Assembly: GCA_964404985.1 (NCBI GenBank)
Contig: CAYOMD010000012.1
Span: 2,773 to 66,772 of the forward strand
Direction: 5' to 3'
From: an uncultured Sphingomonadaceae bacterium
Lineage (GTDB): Bacteria; Pseudomonadota; Alphaproteobacteria; Sphingomonadales; Sphingomonadaceae
Length of the DNA stretch: 64,000 bases
Shown: piece by piece, positions 1 through 7,971 of the stretch
Position numbering within the stretch: position 1 is the first letter of the stretch
How the letters are laid out: the number at the start of each line of letters is the position of its first letter
Notes under the pieces: model-generated
Database searches by the model: none
Seen by the model: the letters and a program-made list of their open reading frames with translations, nothing else
Told to the model about the DNA's origin: nothing
Position numbers and translations under genes: made by a program

Positions 1-798
1 CGCCTCGGCTTGCAGGTGGAACAGGTCCATCTCGGCCCCCAGCCGCCGGTGGTCGCGCTTTTCCGCCTCCTCCAGCCGGGTCAGGTAGGCCTCGAGCTCT
101 TTGCGGGTATGGAACGCTGCGCCGTAGATGCGGCTGAGCATGGCGTTGCGGCTGTCGCCGCGCCAGTAGGCACCGGCCACCTTCATCAGCTTGAAAGCAT
201 CCGGGTTCAGCTTGCCGACCGAGGGCAGGTGCGGCCCGCGACACAGATCGTGCCACTGGCCTTGCCGGTAGATGGTGATCGGCTCGCCCGGCTTGATGAT
301 GTCGTCGATGATCTGCGCCTTGTAGTGCTCGCCGATCGCGCGGAAGTGTTCAATCGCCGCCTCGCGCTCCCAGATCTCGCGGGTAATCGGCGCATCGCGG
401 GCGATGATCTCGCGCATCTTCGCCTCGATGGCCGGCAGGTCGTCTTCGGTGAACGGCCCCCGGCCATGGGGAGCGAAGTCGTAATAGAAGCCGTCGTCGA
501 TCGCCGGGCCGATGGTGACCTGGGTGCCGGGAAACAGCTCCTGCACCGCCTCCGCCAGCACGTGGGCGAAGTCGTGGCGGATCAGCTCCAGCGAGGCGGC
601 ATCCCTGGCGGTGATGAGCGCAAGGGACGAGTCCGCCTCGAACGGGCGGGTCAGGTCCCAGTCCTGGCCGTTGACGACTGCCGCCAGCGCTGCCTTGGCC
701 AGCCCCGGCCCGATGGCGGCGGCAACATCGCCCGGCGTGCTGCCGTGAGGCATCTGGCGCACCGATCCGTCCGGCAGGGTGATCTTGTAGTCGGCCAT
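1..798 (-). CDS. thrS: threonine--tRNA ligase, N-terminal part (gene continues past window start)
   Basis: Absent from the ORF track because the frame runs off the window edge. Reverse translation from ATG (798-796) gives [13 protein letters not shown]..., continuing as a ThrS-like TGS/editing N-terminus. Track ORFs 10..876(+) and 350..856(-) are shadows of this frame. Confidence 0.85.
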   Translation of the reverse strand, partial: MADYKITLPDGSVRQMPHGSTPGDVAAAIGPGLAKAALAAVVNGQDWDLTRPFEADSSLALITARDAASLELIRHDFAHVLAEAVQELFPGTQVTIGPAIDDGFYYDFAPHGRGPFTEDDLPAIEAKMREIIARDAPITREIWEREAAIEHFRAIGEHYKAQIIDDIIKPGEPITIYRQGQWHDLCRGPHLPSVGKLNPDAFKLMKVAGAYWRGDSRNAMLSRIYGAAFHTRKELEAYLTRLEEAEKRDHRRLGAEMDLFHLQAEA

Positions 799-955
799 CG
801 CCCGTCTCCTGTGTTGCGGCGCACAGTAGAAACGGCACGAGACGAGTCAAGCGCAAGGCGGCTGATGCGCGCGTAGCTTGATAGCCTTCAGCCTTAACAA
901 CCTCATCCTTGAGTTTTCACTCGAAGGGAGGATTCCTTTGTGCGAATGAAGGTAG

Positions 956-2161
956 ATGCCAATGGTGAAGCCATCCATACTGCAATGGGCGCGCGAAAGC
1001 GCGGGGCTTTCGCTCGAGGACGCGGCAGCTAAGGTGGGCATAAATGACGCCCGCGGCGTTTCAGGCGCTGATCGATTGCTTGCCCTGGAAACCAAGGAAG
1101 GCGAGGTTTCGCGGCCGGTCCTGCTAAAAATGGCAAAGACCTATCGCCGCCCGCTTGTCTCGTTCTACCTGGATGAGCCTCCTGCTCGCGGGGACCGGGG
1201 CGAGGATTTCCGTACCCTACCGGATCGTCACACCGGCGGCGAGCCGCTTGTGGATGCGCTGGTTCGCGACATTCGTTCCCGGCAGGCCGTCGTGCGTGCC
1301 GTGCAAGTGGAAGAGGAAGAGGCCGTGCCTCTCCCGTTCATCGGGTCGATGTCGCGCAACGACGGCGTTGGTCCAGTGCTGGCGTCAATCAGTAAGGTGC
1401 TTGGCCTAGACCTTGCGGTCTTCCGCGCCCAGGGATCGGCGGATGCTGGCTTTGCCTTGCTTCGCAGCCGTGTGGAAGCCGCCGGAATCTACGTGCTGCT
1501 GATCGGCAATCTCGGAAGTCACCATTCGGCGATCGATGTTGATGCGTTCAGAGGCTTCGCTCTCGCCGATCCGATTGCTCCGTTTGTGGTGATCAACGAC
1601 CAGGACGCTAAGACGGCTTGGTCGTTCACCCTGCTGCATGAGGTCGCTCACCTCTGGATTGGAGCAACCGGCGTGAGTGGCGGACATTTTGAAGGTGCGG
1701 TCGAGCAGTTCTGCAACGATGTCGCGAGCTCATTCCTTCTACCGCAGCGTGAGCTCGATCAGCTTCGCATCACCCGGGCCACTGACCCCGGGGAAGCTGA
1801 ACGAATGGTAACTGAATTTGTTGAAGAGCGGTTGGTGAGCCGTTCCTTGGTGGCTTACCGATTGTTCCGCGCGGACAAGATCACCGAGCGCACTTGGCGG
1901 GCGCTGACCAATACGTTCCGGGATCAGTGGCGGCAAAGCCGCGCGGCCCACCGCGAACTTGCTCGGGGGATGGACGGTGGCCCCAACTACTACATTGTTA
2001 GGCGGCACCGCCTCGGCGCGGCATTGCTCAATTTCGTGGCGCGAAACATGAGCGAAGGGGTACTCACACCCACCCGCGCAAGCAAGCTGCTGGGGGTCAA
2101 ACCCCGCAGCGTTCATACGCTGCTGAGCGGTGCCGCGCTTGCTATCGAGCAGGGTGCCTGA
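956..2161 (+). CDS. XRE-type HTH fused to ImmA/IrrE-family zinc metallopeptidase (COG2856-like)
   Basis: N-terminal HTH-like segment SILQWARESAGLSLEDAAAKVG. HEXXH motif HEVAH at residues 228-232. 401-aa ORF. An alternative start ATG 962 has better spacing to GAAGG. Confidence 0.8.
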   Translation: MPMVKPSILQWARESAGLSLEDAAAKVGINDARGVSGADRLLALETKEGEVSRPVLLKMAKTYRRPLVSFYLDEPPARGDRGEDFRTLPDRHTGGEPLVDALVRDIRSRQAVVRAVQVEEEEAVPLPFIGSMSRNDGVGPVLASISKVLGLDLAVFRAQGSADAGFALLRSRVEAAGIYVLLIGNLGSHHSAIDVDAFRGFALADPIAPFVVINDQDAKTAWSFTLLHEVAHLWIGATGVSGGHFEGAVEQFCNDVASSFLLPQRELDQLRITRATDPGEAERMVTEFVEERLVSRSLVAYRLFRADKITERTWRALTNTFRDQWRQSRAAHRELARGMDGGPNYYIVRRHRLGAALLNFVARNMSEGVLTPTRASKLLGVKPRSVHTLLSGAALAIEQGA

Positions 2162-2167
2162 CGCATT

Positions 2168-2674
2168 GTGTAACTGCTTGACGCCAACGTGCTCATCACG
2201 GCGCAAAATCTCTACTCTCCTGTCGATGCTGTGCCCGAGTTCTAGGAATGGCTGGTCCATATGGGCAACGAGGGCAACATCAAGATGCCGATCGAGACGC
2301 TCGAAGAGGTTAAGGATAGTAGCAATGACGCCGAGCGTGACCTGCTGTTCGCGTGGATACAGGACGACGCGCACAAAGCTGCGATCCTCTTTGACGAGGA
2401 CGTTCAACCCGCATTGGTCCAGCGCGTTACCAAGCAGTATGCGCCCGATCTGACGGACGACGAACTGGAGGCAATCGGTCGCGACCCGTTCCTGATTGCC
2501 CATGCCTTGGCTGACCCTGCAAACCGCTGCGTGGTAACAACGGAAGTGTCAAAGCGAAGGCAGCAGCGGCAGAACCGTCGTATTCCTGATGTCTGCGCTG
2601 ACGTCGGTGTTCAATGCTGCGACACGTTCACGATGTTGCGTGCGCTGCGATTCAGCACGCGCTGGCGTTTCTGA
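2168..2674 (+). pseudogene. DUF4411 / PIN-like nuclease gene interrupted by two in-frame stops (TAA 2171-2173, TAG 2243-2245)
   Basis: A single frame reads V*LLDANVLITAQNLYSPVDAVPEF*EWLVHMGNEGNIKMPIETLEEV...RIPDVCADVGVQCCDTFTMLRAL. This matches my recollection of the DUF4411 N-terminus (MYLLDxNV...FWxWL). The track shows only the 3' remainder, 2261..2674. Confidence 0.6.
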
Positions 2675-2728
2675 AACTGAGCTACGGCTGGGTGAGACAT
2701 GTGCCATAGCCAAGCCCCGTGTCTAGCA

Positions 2729-2787
2729 CGGGGCGACGATGGGGGAGAGAGACACCACAACGGGGTGACGATGGGGGAGAGAGACAC
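2729..2787 (+). promoter_or_regulatory. two 27-bp direct repeats (period 32 bp) upstream of a TTGACT -35-like hexamer
   Basis: cggggCgacgatgggggagagagacac (2729-2755) and cggggTgacgatgggggagagagacac (2761-2787) differ by one mismatch. TTGACT at 2807-2812, a 17-nt spacer, then AGTATC. The site lies 75 bp upstream of the DUF898 start. Confidence 0.45.
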
Positions 2788-2861
2788 ACCGCACCCGGCG
2801 TAACCGTTGACTTCGCCAGCACCCGTGCGAGTATCCCCATGCAAAACACACGGGGGCAGCC

Positions 2862-3938
2862 ATGGATATGAGCTTGAGCGGCGAGCGTCGCGAACAGCCG
2901 GCGTTTACCGGCCAGATGAGCGACTTCTTCATCATGCAGCTGGTCAATCTGGCGCTGACCATCGTGACACTCGGCATCTACCGCTTTTGGGGGGTGACAC
3001 GGGTGCGCCGCTACCTCTGGAGCCATACGACAGTCCAGGGTGCGCCGCTCGAATGGGCCGGCACCGGCATGGAGCTGTTCAAGGGCTTCCTGATCCTGCT
3101 GCTGTTTTTCACCATTCCCCTGGGTGCGCTGTCCTTCTGGCTCCAGAGCCTGCTCCTCCGGCAGGAGTGGACCCTCGCCTTGACCCTCTACGGGCTGCTG
3201 ATGATCGGCATCTTCTATCTGAGCGGGGTCGCGATCTTCCGTATGATGCGCTATCGCCTCAGCCGTACCTATTGGCAGGGTGTGCGTGGCGGCAGTGACG
3301 ATGGCGGCTGGCGCTACGGGCTGGGCTACATGGCGCGCGGCTTCACCGTGCCATTCAGCTTGACCCTCACCACGCCCTGGCTCACCGCCTGGGGCTGGAA
3401 CGCCCTGTTTGCCAGAATGAGTTTCGGCAGCCTGCCGTTCGACGCAGATGCACGCTGGGGGGATTTGTTCGGCAAGTATCTTGGCGCAATCTTCCTCGCG
3501 ATCCTCTACATTGTCGCGATTGTTAGCTTAGGGTTTGGGAGTGCAGCGCTGGAGGGCGGTGCGCCGAATCCGGCAATGGCGGTGCTGCTGGCCCTCGTGG
3601 CAGGTCCCCTGATCTACATCGGCTTGCCGCTGATCTTCCTGAACTACGCGGCCTTCCTGCACCGGCATATGTTCGATCACCTGAGCCTGGGGCCGGTGCG
3701 CTTCGAATTCGACGCGACGACGTTTGACTGGCTGAAATACTATCTCGTCAATATGGCGCTGGTGGTCTTCACGTTCGGCATCGGGGCACTGTTGCTCTCC
3801 TACCGGCACTGGCAGTTCTACACGCGGCACCTGACCGTGATCGGGGACCTCGGTGCACTCGACATCGCACAGTCAAGCACGGCCGCCCTGCGGCAGGGCG
3901 AAGGGCTGGCCGACGCCTTTGATATCGGCGCGATCTGA
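2862..3938 (+). CDS. DUF898 (YjgN-like) polytopic inner-membrane protein
   Basis: N-terminus FTGQMSDFFIMQLVNLALTIVTLGIYRFWGVTRVRRYLWSHT plus multiple hydrophobic helices. The stop overlaps the next start (TGATG). Confidence 0.75.
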   Translation: MDMSLSGERREQPAFTGQMSDFFIMQLVNLALTIVTLGIYRFWGVTRVRRYLWSHTTVQGAPLEWAGTGMELFKGFLILLLFFTIPLGALSFWLQSLLLRQEWTLALTLYGLLMIGIFYLSGVAIFRMMRYRLSRTYWQGVRGGSDDGGWRYGLGYMARGFTVPFSLTLTTPWLTAWGWNALFARMSFGSLPFDADARWGDLFGKYLGAIFLAILYIVAIVSLGFGSAALEGGAPNPAMAVLLALVAGPLIYIGLPLIFLNYAAFLHRHMFDHLSLGPVRFEFDATTFDWLKYYLVNMALVVFTFGIGALLLSYRHWQFYTRHLTVIGDLGALDIAQSSTAALRQGEGLADAFDIGAI

Positions 3939-4913
3939 TGGAGCCCGGCGCACGCCCGGCGACCCTCTATGATGGTCAGGTGGCCAGAGCGCGGCCGGTC
4001 CACTTGCGGCTGGCCAACGGCATGGTGCATATTCACACCGACACGGGCGAGGCCGAGCCGATCCCGATTGAGGACCTGAAAGCCCTGCCCGACCGCAGGC
4101 AGGCGGCGTTCCAGCACACGCAGCGGGATGGTTGGCGGCTGATCTTTGATGAGCCCCTGCCCGATGCTTGGGCCAGCCAGATGCCCGCGCACGAGACCTG
4201 GCGCACCCATCTCGACCGCATCGGCCTGGGCCCGGCGCTGGCGATGGGAGCGGCGGCGGTTGCGCTGCTGGTGCTGTTCTGGGATAGGTTCATTGACCTA
4301 ATGAAGACGATGGTCGCAATGGTTGCGCTGCTGGTGCTGTTCTGTGTGGAGTATATTCACCTGGTGTTGGCGGTGGGTGGTGCGGCGGTTAAGGTGCTGG
4401 TGCAGCTCTGGGATAGGTTCATTGACCTAATGAAGACGATGGTCGCAATGGTTGCGCTGCTGGCGGTGGTCTGGCCGCCCACCTTCGCAGAGCTTGGCGA
4501 CCAGATGGTTGCGCAGCTTGAGCAAGGGGACAAGCGGTACACGGAGGCGACCGGGCAGCGTGCACTCGATGCTCTCCGGCAGGGCGAAGGGCTGGCCGAC
4601 GCCTTTGATATCGGCGCGATCTGATGGAGCCCGGCGCACGCCCGGCGACCCTCTATGATGGTCAGGTGGCCAGAGCGCGGCCGGTCCACTTGCGGCTGGC
4701 CAACGGCATGGTGCATATTCACACCGACACGGGCGAGGCCGAGCCGATCCCGATTGAGGACCTGAAAGCCCTGCCCGACCGCAGGCAGGCGGCGTTCCAG
4801 CACACGCAGCGGGATGGTTGGCGGCTGATCTTTGATGAGCCCCTGCCCGATGCTTGGGCCAGCCAGATGCCCGCGCACGAGACCTGGCGCACCCATCTCG
4901 ACCGCATCGGCCT
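3891..4913 (+). repeat. tandem duplication: 337-bp identical direct repeat, period 686 bp (3891-4227 = 4577-4913)
   Basis: Base-by-base reading found the first mismatch at g4228 versus c4914. The unit spans the DUF898 tail plus stop and the first ~97 codons of the downstream ORF. Confidence 0.85.
3938..4624 (+). CDS. chimeric duplicate: M48-peptidase N-terminal domain + expanded TM segment + DUF898 C-terminal tail; no peptidase domain
   Basis: The first ~97 aa are identical to ORF 4624..5694. The C-terminus RQGEGLADAFDIGAI* is identical to the end of ORF 2862..3938. No HEXXH motif. Whether it is expressed is unknown. Confidence 0.55.
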   Translation: MEPGARPATLYDGQVARARPVHLRLANGMVHIHTDTGEAEPIPIEDLKALPDRRQAAFQHTQRDGWRLIFDEPLPDAWASQMPAHETWRTHLDRIGLGPALAMGAAAVALLVLFWDRFIDLMKTMVAMVALLVLFCVEYIHLVLAVGGAAVKVLVQLWDRFIDLMKTMVAMVALLAVVWPPTFAELGDQMVAQLEQGDKRYTEATGQRALDALRQGEGLADAFDIGAI

Positions 4914-5694
4914 CGGCCCGGCGCTGGCGATGGGCGGTGCGGCGGTTGCGCTGCTGGTGCTGCTCTGGGCCACGTTCATCGATCTGGTGTTGGCGGTGGT
5001 CCCGCCCTCTGCGTTCACGGAGCTTGGCGACCAGATGGTCGCGCAGCTGGAGCGGGGCGATGGCCGGTGCACGGGGGTCGCCGGGCAGCGCGCGCTTGAT
5101 GCGCTGGCGGGGCGGATGTTCGCGCTCGACCGCTTCGTCGAGCCGGTCTCCCGCATCACCGTGATCAACAACCCCGTGGAGAATGCGCTGGCGGCACCGG
5201 GTGGTCATGTGGTGATTTTCAAGGGGCTGATCGATAAAGCAGAGTCGCCCGATGCGCTGGCAGGCGTGCTGGCGCATGAGCTCGCTCATGTCGAGCAGCG
5301 GCACGCGACCCGCGGGGCGGTGCGCGGCCTCGGGTTGGGGTTGATCGCGCAAGTGTTCGGCGGCGATATCGGCGCGATCACGCAAGGGTTCTTGCAGCTT
5401 GCCTATGGGCGGGAGGCCGAGCGTGCGGCGGACAAGGCGGCACTGGCGGCACTGGACCGTATCAACGCCTCGCCGGCCGGGCTTGCCGGCTTCTTTGGTC
5501 GTCTGTCGAAGTCAGGCGGCAAGCTGGATGCGCGGCTGCGTGCCCTGCTCACCTATGTCTCCACCCACCCGGACCCCGGCGACCGGCAGGCGGACATCCG
5601 CGCTGCTGTCGATCCGGCACGTCGCTACACCCCGGCGCTGAGCGCCACGGAGTGGCACATGGTCAAGGCCATGTGCACGCGGACCGCTAAATAG
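4624..5694 (+). CDS. M48-family zinc metallopeptidase with N-terminal cytoplasmic domain and TM anchor
   Basis: HEXXH motif HELAH (VLAHELAHVEQRH), and a TM segment after residue ~100. The start overlaps the upstream stop (TGATG). Confidence 0.8.
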   Translation: MEPGARPATLYDGQVARARPVHLRLANGMVHIHTDTGEAEPIPIEDLKALPDRRQAAFQHTQRDGWRLIFDEPLPDAWASQMPAHETWRTHLDRIGLGPALAMGGAAVALLVLLWATFIDLVLAVVPPSAFTELGDQMVAQLERGDGRCTGVAGQRALDALAGRMFALDRFVEPVSRITVINNPVENALAAPGGHVVIFKGLIDKAESPDALAGVLAHELAHVEQRHATRGAVRGLGLGLIAQVFGGDIGAITQGFLQLAYGREAERAADKAALAALDRINASPAGLAGFFGRLSKSGGKLDARLRALLTYVSTHPDPGDRQADIRAAVDPARRYTPALSATEWHMVKAMCTRTAK

Positions 5695-5744
5695 CCGCAG
5701 CACCCCTCTCGACTCCCGTGTACGGGCCGGGCAGTGTACCGGGG

Positions 5745-6500
5745 ATGTTGAACGAACCCTATGCCCTGCTGGATCGCGGCGATGGCGTGCGCCTCGCCTA
5801 TGATGCCATCCCCGGCGACAGCCCGACCTGGCTGTTCCTGCCGGGGTACATGTCAGACATGAACGGCACCAAGGCGCTGGCGCTGGCGGGCCAGGCGCGC
5901 GCACTGGGGCAGGCCATGGTGCGCTTTGACTATTCCGGCTGCGGGGCATCCGCCGGGGCCTTTGCCGAGAGGTCGATCGGCCGCTGGCGGGATGACGCAC
6001 TGGCGATCCTCGACAGTGTGATCGAGGGCCCGGTCGTGCTGGTCGGCTCGTCGATGGGCGGCTGGATCGCCCTGCTGACGGCGCTGGCCCGCCCGGCGCG
6101 GGTGCAGGGGCTGGTGCTGATCGCCCCGGCGCCAGACTTTACCGAATGGGGTCTGGACCTTGACGCGGCTGATCGCGCCCTGCTGACGGACAAGGGCTAT
6201 ATCGAGCGCCCGAGCGACTATGGGCCGGAGCCCTATCGCTACCACCGCGCTTTACTTGAGGACGCCCCGACCCGCACCCTGCTGGACAAGGACCTGCCGA
6301 TCCGCTGCCCGGTGCGCCTTCTGCACGGCCAGCAGGACGCGGATGTGCCGTGGGAGCTGTCGCTCGCCATCGCCGAGCGCCTGCAGTCCGACGATGTCCG
6401 GATCGCGCTGGTCAAGGACGGCGACCACCGCCTCTCCCGCCCGCAGGACATCGCGCTGTTGCTCGGCGCGGCAGGAGAATTAATCATGCTGGCGGACTGA
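5745..6500 (+). CDS. alpha/beta-fold hydrolase
   Basis: Nucleophile elbow GSSMGG, with later D and H residues (DGDHRL). The track ORF starts at GTG 5718. ATG 5745 (MLNEPYAL) is the other candidate and the choice is uncertain. Confidence 0.7.
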   Translation: MLNEPYALLDRGDGVRLAYDAIPGDSPTWLFLPGYMSDMNGTKALALAGQARALGQAMVRFDYSGCGASAGAFAERSIGRWRDDALAILDSVIEGPVVLVGSSMGGWIALLTALARPARVQGLVLIAPAPDFTEWGLDLDAADRALLTDKGYIERPSDYGPEPYRYHRALLEDAPTRTLLDKDLPIRCPVRLLHGQQDADVPWELSLAIAERLQSDDVRIALVKDGDHRLSRPQDIALLLGAAGELIMLAD

Positions 6501-6597
6501 GGGCCAGCAATGTAGACTGTCTTCGCAAACGTGGTTTTTTTAGACCCTTCGTGTTCTCACTGTAACGCATCATAGCGACGCATCGAACGTTTGCATG

Positions 6598-6613
6598 TAA
6601 ACAGATCTGTTTA
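6598..6613. promoter_or_regulatory. perfect 16-bp palindrome TAAACAGATCTGTTTA, candidate operator
   Basis: The sequence is self-complementary. It lies 8 nt upstream of the AGGAGA Shine-Dalgarno of the YHS gene. Confidence 0.4.
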
Positions 6614-6632
6614 TTTCCATAGGAGACAGAAG

Positions 6633-7112
6633 ATGATCACGCACACGACCCGTCGTATGGTTCTCACCGCTCTTGCCGCTCTGGCATTCAGCGCGCCGCT
6701 CGTCGCAGCCCCGGCCTTCGCCAAGGAAGAGGTGTTTGTCGACGCCAAGGGCGTCGCGATCCATGGGCGGGACCCCGTATCCTACTTCAACGGCAAGGGC
6801 GTTCCCGGCAAGGCGCAATTCGCCTCGAAATATGAAGGTGCGACCTATTATTTCTCCGATGCTGCCAACAAAGCGAAGTTTGACGCCAAGCCGGCTGCTT
6901 ACGCGCCACAATTCGGAGGCTTTTGTGCCTATGGCACTGCAGTCGAGCGCAAATTCCGTACCGATCCGACAACCGGCACGGTGGTGAACGGCAAGCTCTA
7001 CTTCAACAAGAACCCGGATGTCGCCAAGACATGGAGCAAGGACATTCCCGGCAATATCAAGAAGGCTGATGCCAACTGGCCGGAAGTGAAGACCCGCTCG
7101 ATCGACGGCTGA
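6633..7112 (+). CDS. secreted YHS-domain protein (Cys form of the YHS (seleno)protein family)
   Basis: AGGAGA 7 nt upstream of ATG 6633. Signal peptide MITHTTRRMVLTALAALAFSAPLVAAPAFA. Motifs DPVSYF and FGGFCAYG. Confidence 0.75.
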   Translation: MITHTTRRMVLTALAALAFSAPLVAAPAFAKEEVFVDAKGVAIHGRDPVSYFNGKGVPGKAQFASKYEGATYYFSDAANKAKFDAKPAAYAPQFGGFCAYGTAVERKFRTDPTTGTVVNGKLYFNKNPDVAKTWSKDIPGNIKKADANWPEVKTRSIDG

Positions 7113-7130
7113 TCCGAGCGTAGCACCAGC

Positions 7131-7175
7131 AACGCCTCCGTTCGTCGCGCGCGGCGGATGGAGGCGTTTTTGTTT
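7131..7175 (+). terminator. rho-independent terminator after the YHS gene
   Basis: Stem aacgcctcc (7131-7139) pairs with ggaggcgtt (7160-7168), followed by tttgttt. Confidence 0.6.
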
Positions 7176-7230
7176 GCGGCATGGACGATGCTGCCTCGCC
7201 CTGTGGCTGCAAATCGCTTAAGTATGCATA

Positions 7231-7971
7231 ATGATTCTGATCCTTATTGCTGCCGCTGTTGCCGCGCAAACCCTGCAGGCAGAAACGCCCCAGGCCGTCG
7301 TGGACTATCGCGGTTGCCTGAGCAAGGCGCAGGCCGCACCATCGGATGCTGTGCTGGAGGCGGAGGCCTGGGCAAAGCGCGGCGGCGGCGTCGCGGCGCT
7401 GCATTGCCTGGGTGTGGCGCAGACGGCAGGCCGTCAACCGGCCGAGGGCGCGCGCACGCTGGAGGCGGCGGCGCAGGCCGCGGCAAAACCGGCCCTGACC
7501 GCCGAGCTGCTGGCGCAGGCGGGCAACGCCTGGCTGCTGGCGGACCGCCCGGCAGAGGCGCGCACCGCCCTCAGCCGCGCCATCGCGCTGGCGCAGGCCG
7601 AGCCGGAGCGGCTGGCCGAATTGCTGGTGGACCGGGCGCGCGCCGCCGCCAGTGCGCAGGACTGGCCGGCAAGCATCGCGGACCTGCGCAGTGCCACCCG
7701 GGAGCTGCCCAAGCGCGCGGACATCTGGCTGCTGCTGGCCACCGCCCAGCGCCATACGGGCGATACAGCAGGTGCGGCGGGCGCAGTGGAGCAGGCGTTC
7801 GCACTCGACCCGGATGACCCCGCGATCCGGCTGGAGCGCGGCAACGCCCGCGCCCGCGCCGGCGACATGCCCGGTGCCCGCAAGGACTGGCAGGCTGCGG
7901 TCGACAATGCCGCGCGTGACCCGGACTCGGCCCGGCTCGCCCGCCAGAATCTGGACGGCACGGGTCAGTAG
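7231..7971 (+). CDS. secreted TPR-repeat protein
   Basis: Ala/Leu-rich helical repeats (for example ALDPDDPAIRLERGNARARAGDMPGARKDW) and a hydrophobic N-terminus. Confidence 0.55.
   Translation: MILILIAAAVAAQTLQAETPQAVVDYRGCLSKAQAAPSDAVLEAEAWAKRGGGVAALHCLGVAQTAGRQPAEGARTLEAAAQAAAKPALTAELLAQAGNAWLLADRPAEARTALSRAIALAQAEPERLAELLVDRARAAASAQDWPASIADLRSATRELPKRADIWLLLATAQRHTGDTAGAAGAVEQAFALDPDDPAIRLERGNARARAGDMPGARKDWQAAVDNAARDPDSARLARQNLDGTGQ

Noticed and set aside
10-876. Track ORFs 10..876(+) and 350..856(-) at the window start.
   Set aside because: The minus-strand frame ending in ATG at 798 encodes an unmistakable ThrS N-terminus. The listed ORFs are out-of-frame or antisense shadows.
940-1032. 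30-codon ORF (GTG 940) with a near-ideal GGGAGGA SD 7 nt upstream, overlapping the XRE-ImmA start in another frame.
   Set aside because: The peptide (VRMKVDANGEAIHTAMGARKRGAFARGRGS) has no recognisable features and looks like out-of-frame sequence. The SD alone is not enough support. It is noted only as a possible leader ORF.
2729-2787. Two 27-bp direct repeats considered as a mini CRISPR array.
   Set aside because: There are only two copies, a 5-bp spacer, no cas genes and no further repeats. A protein-binding site fits better.
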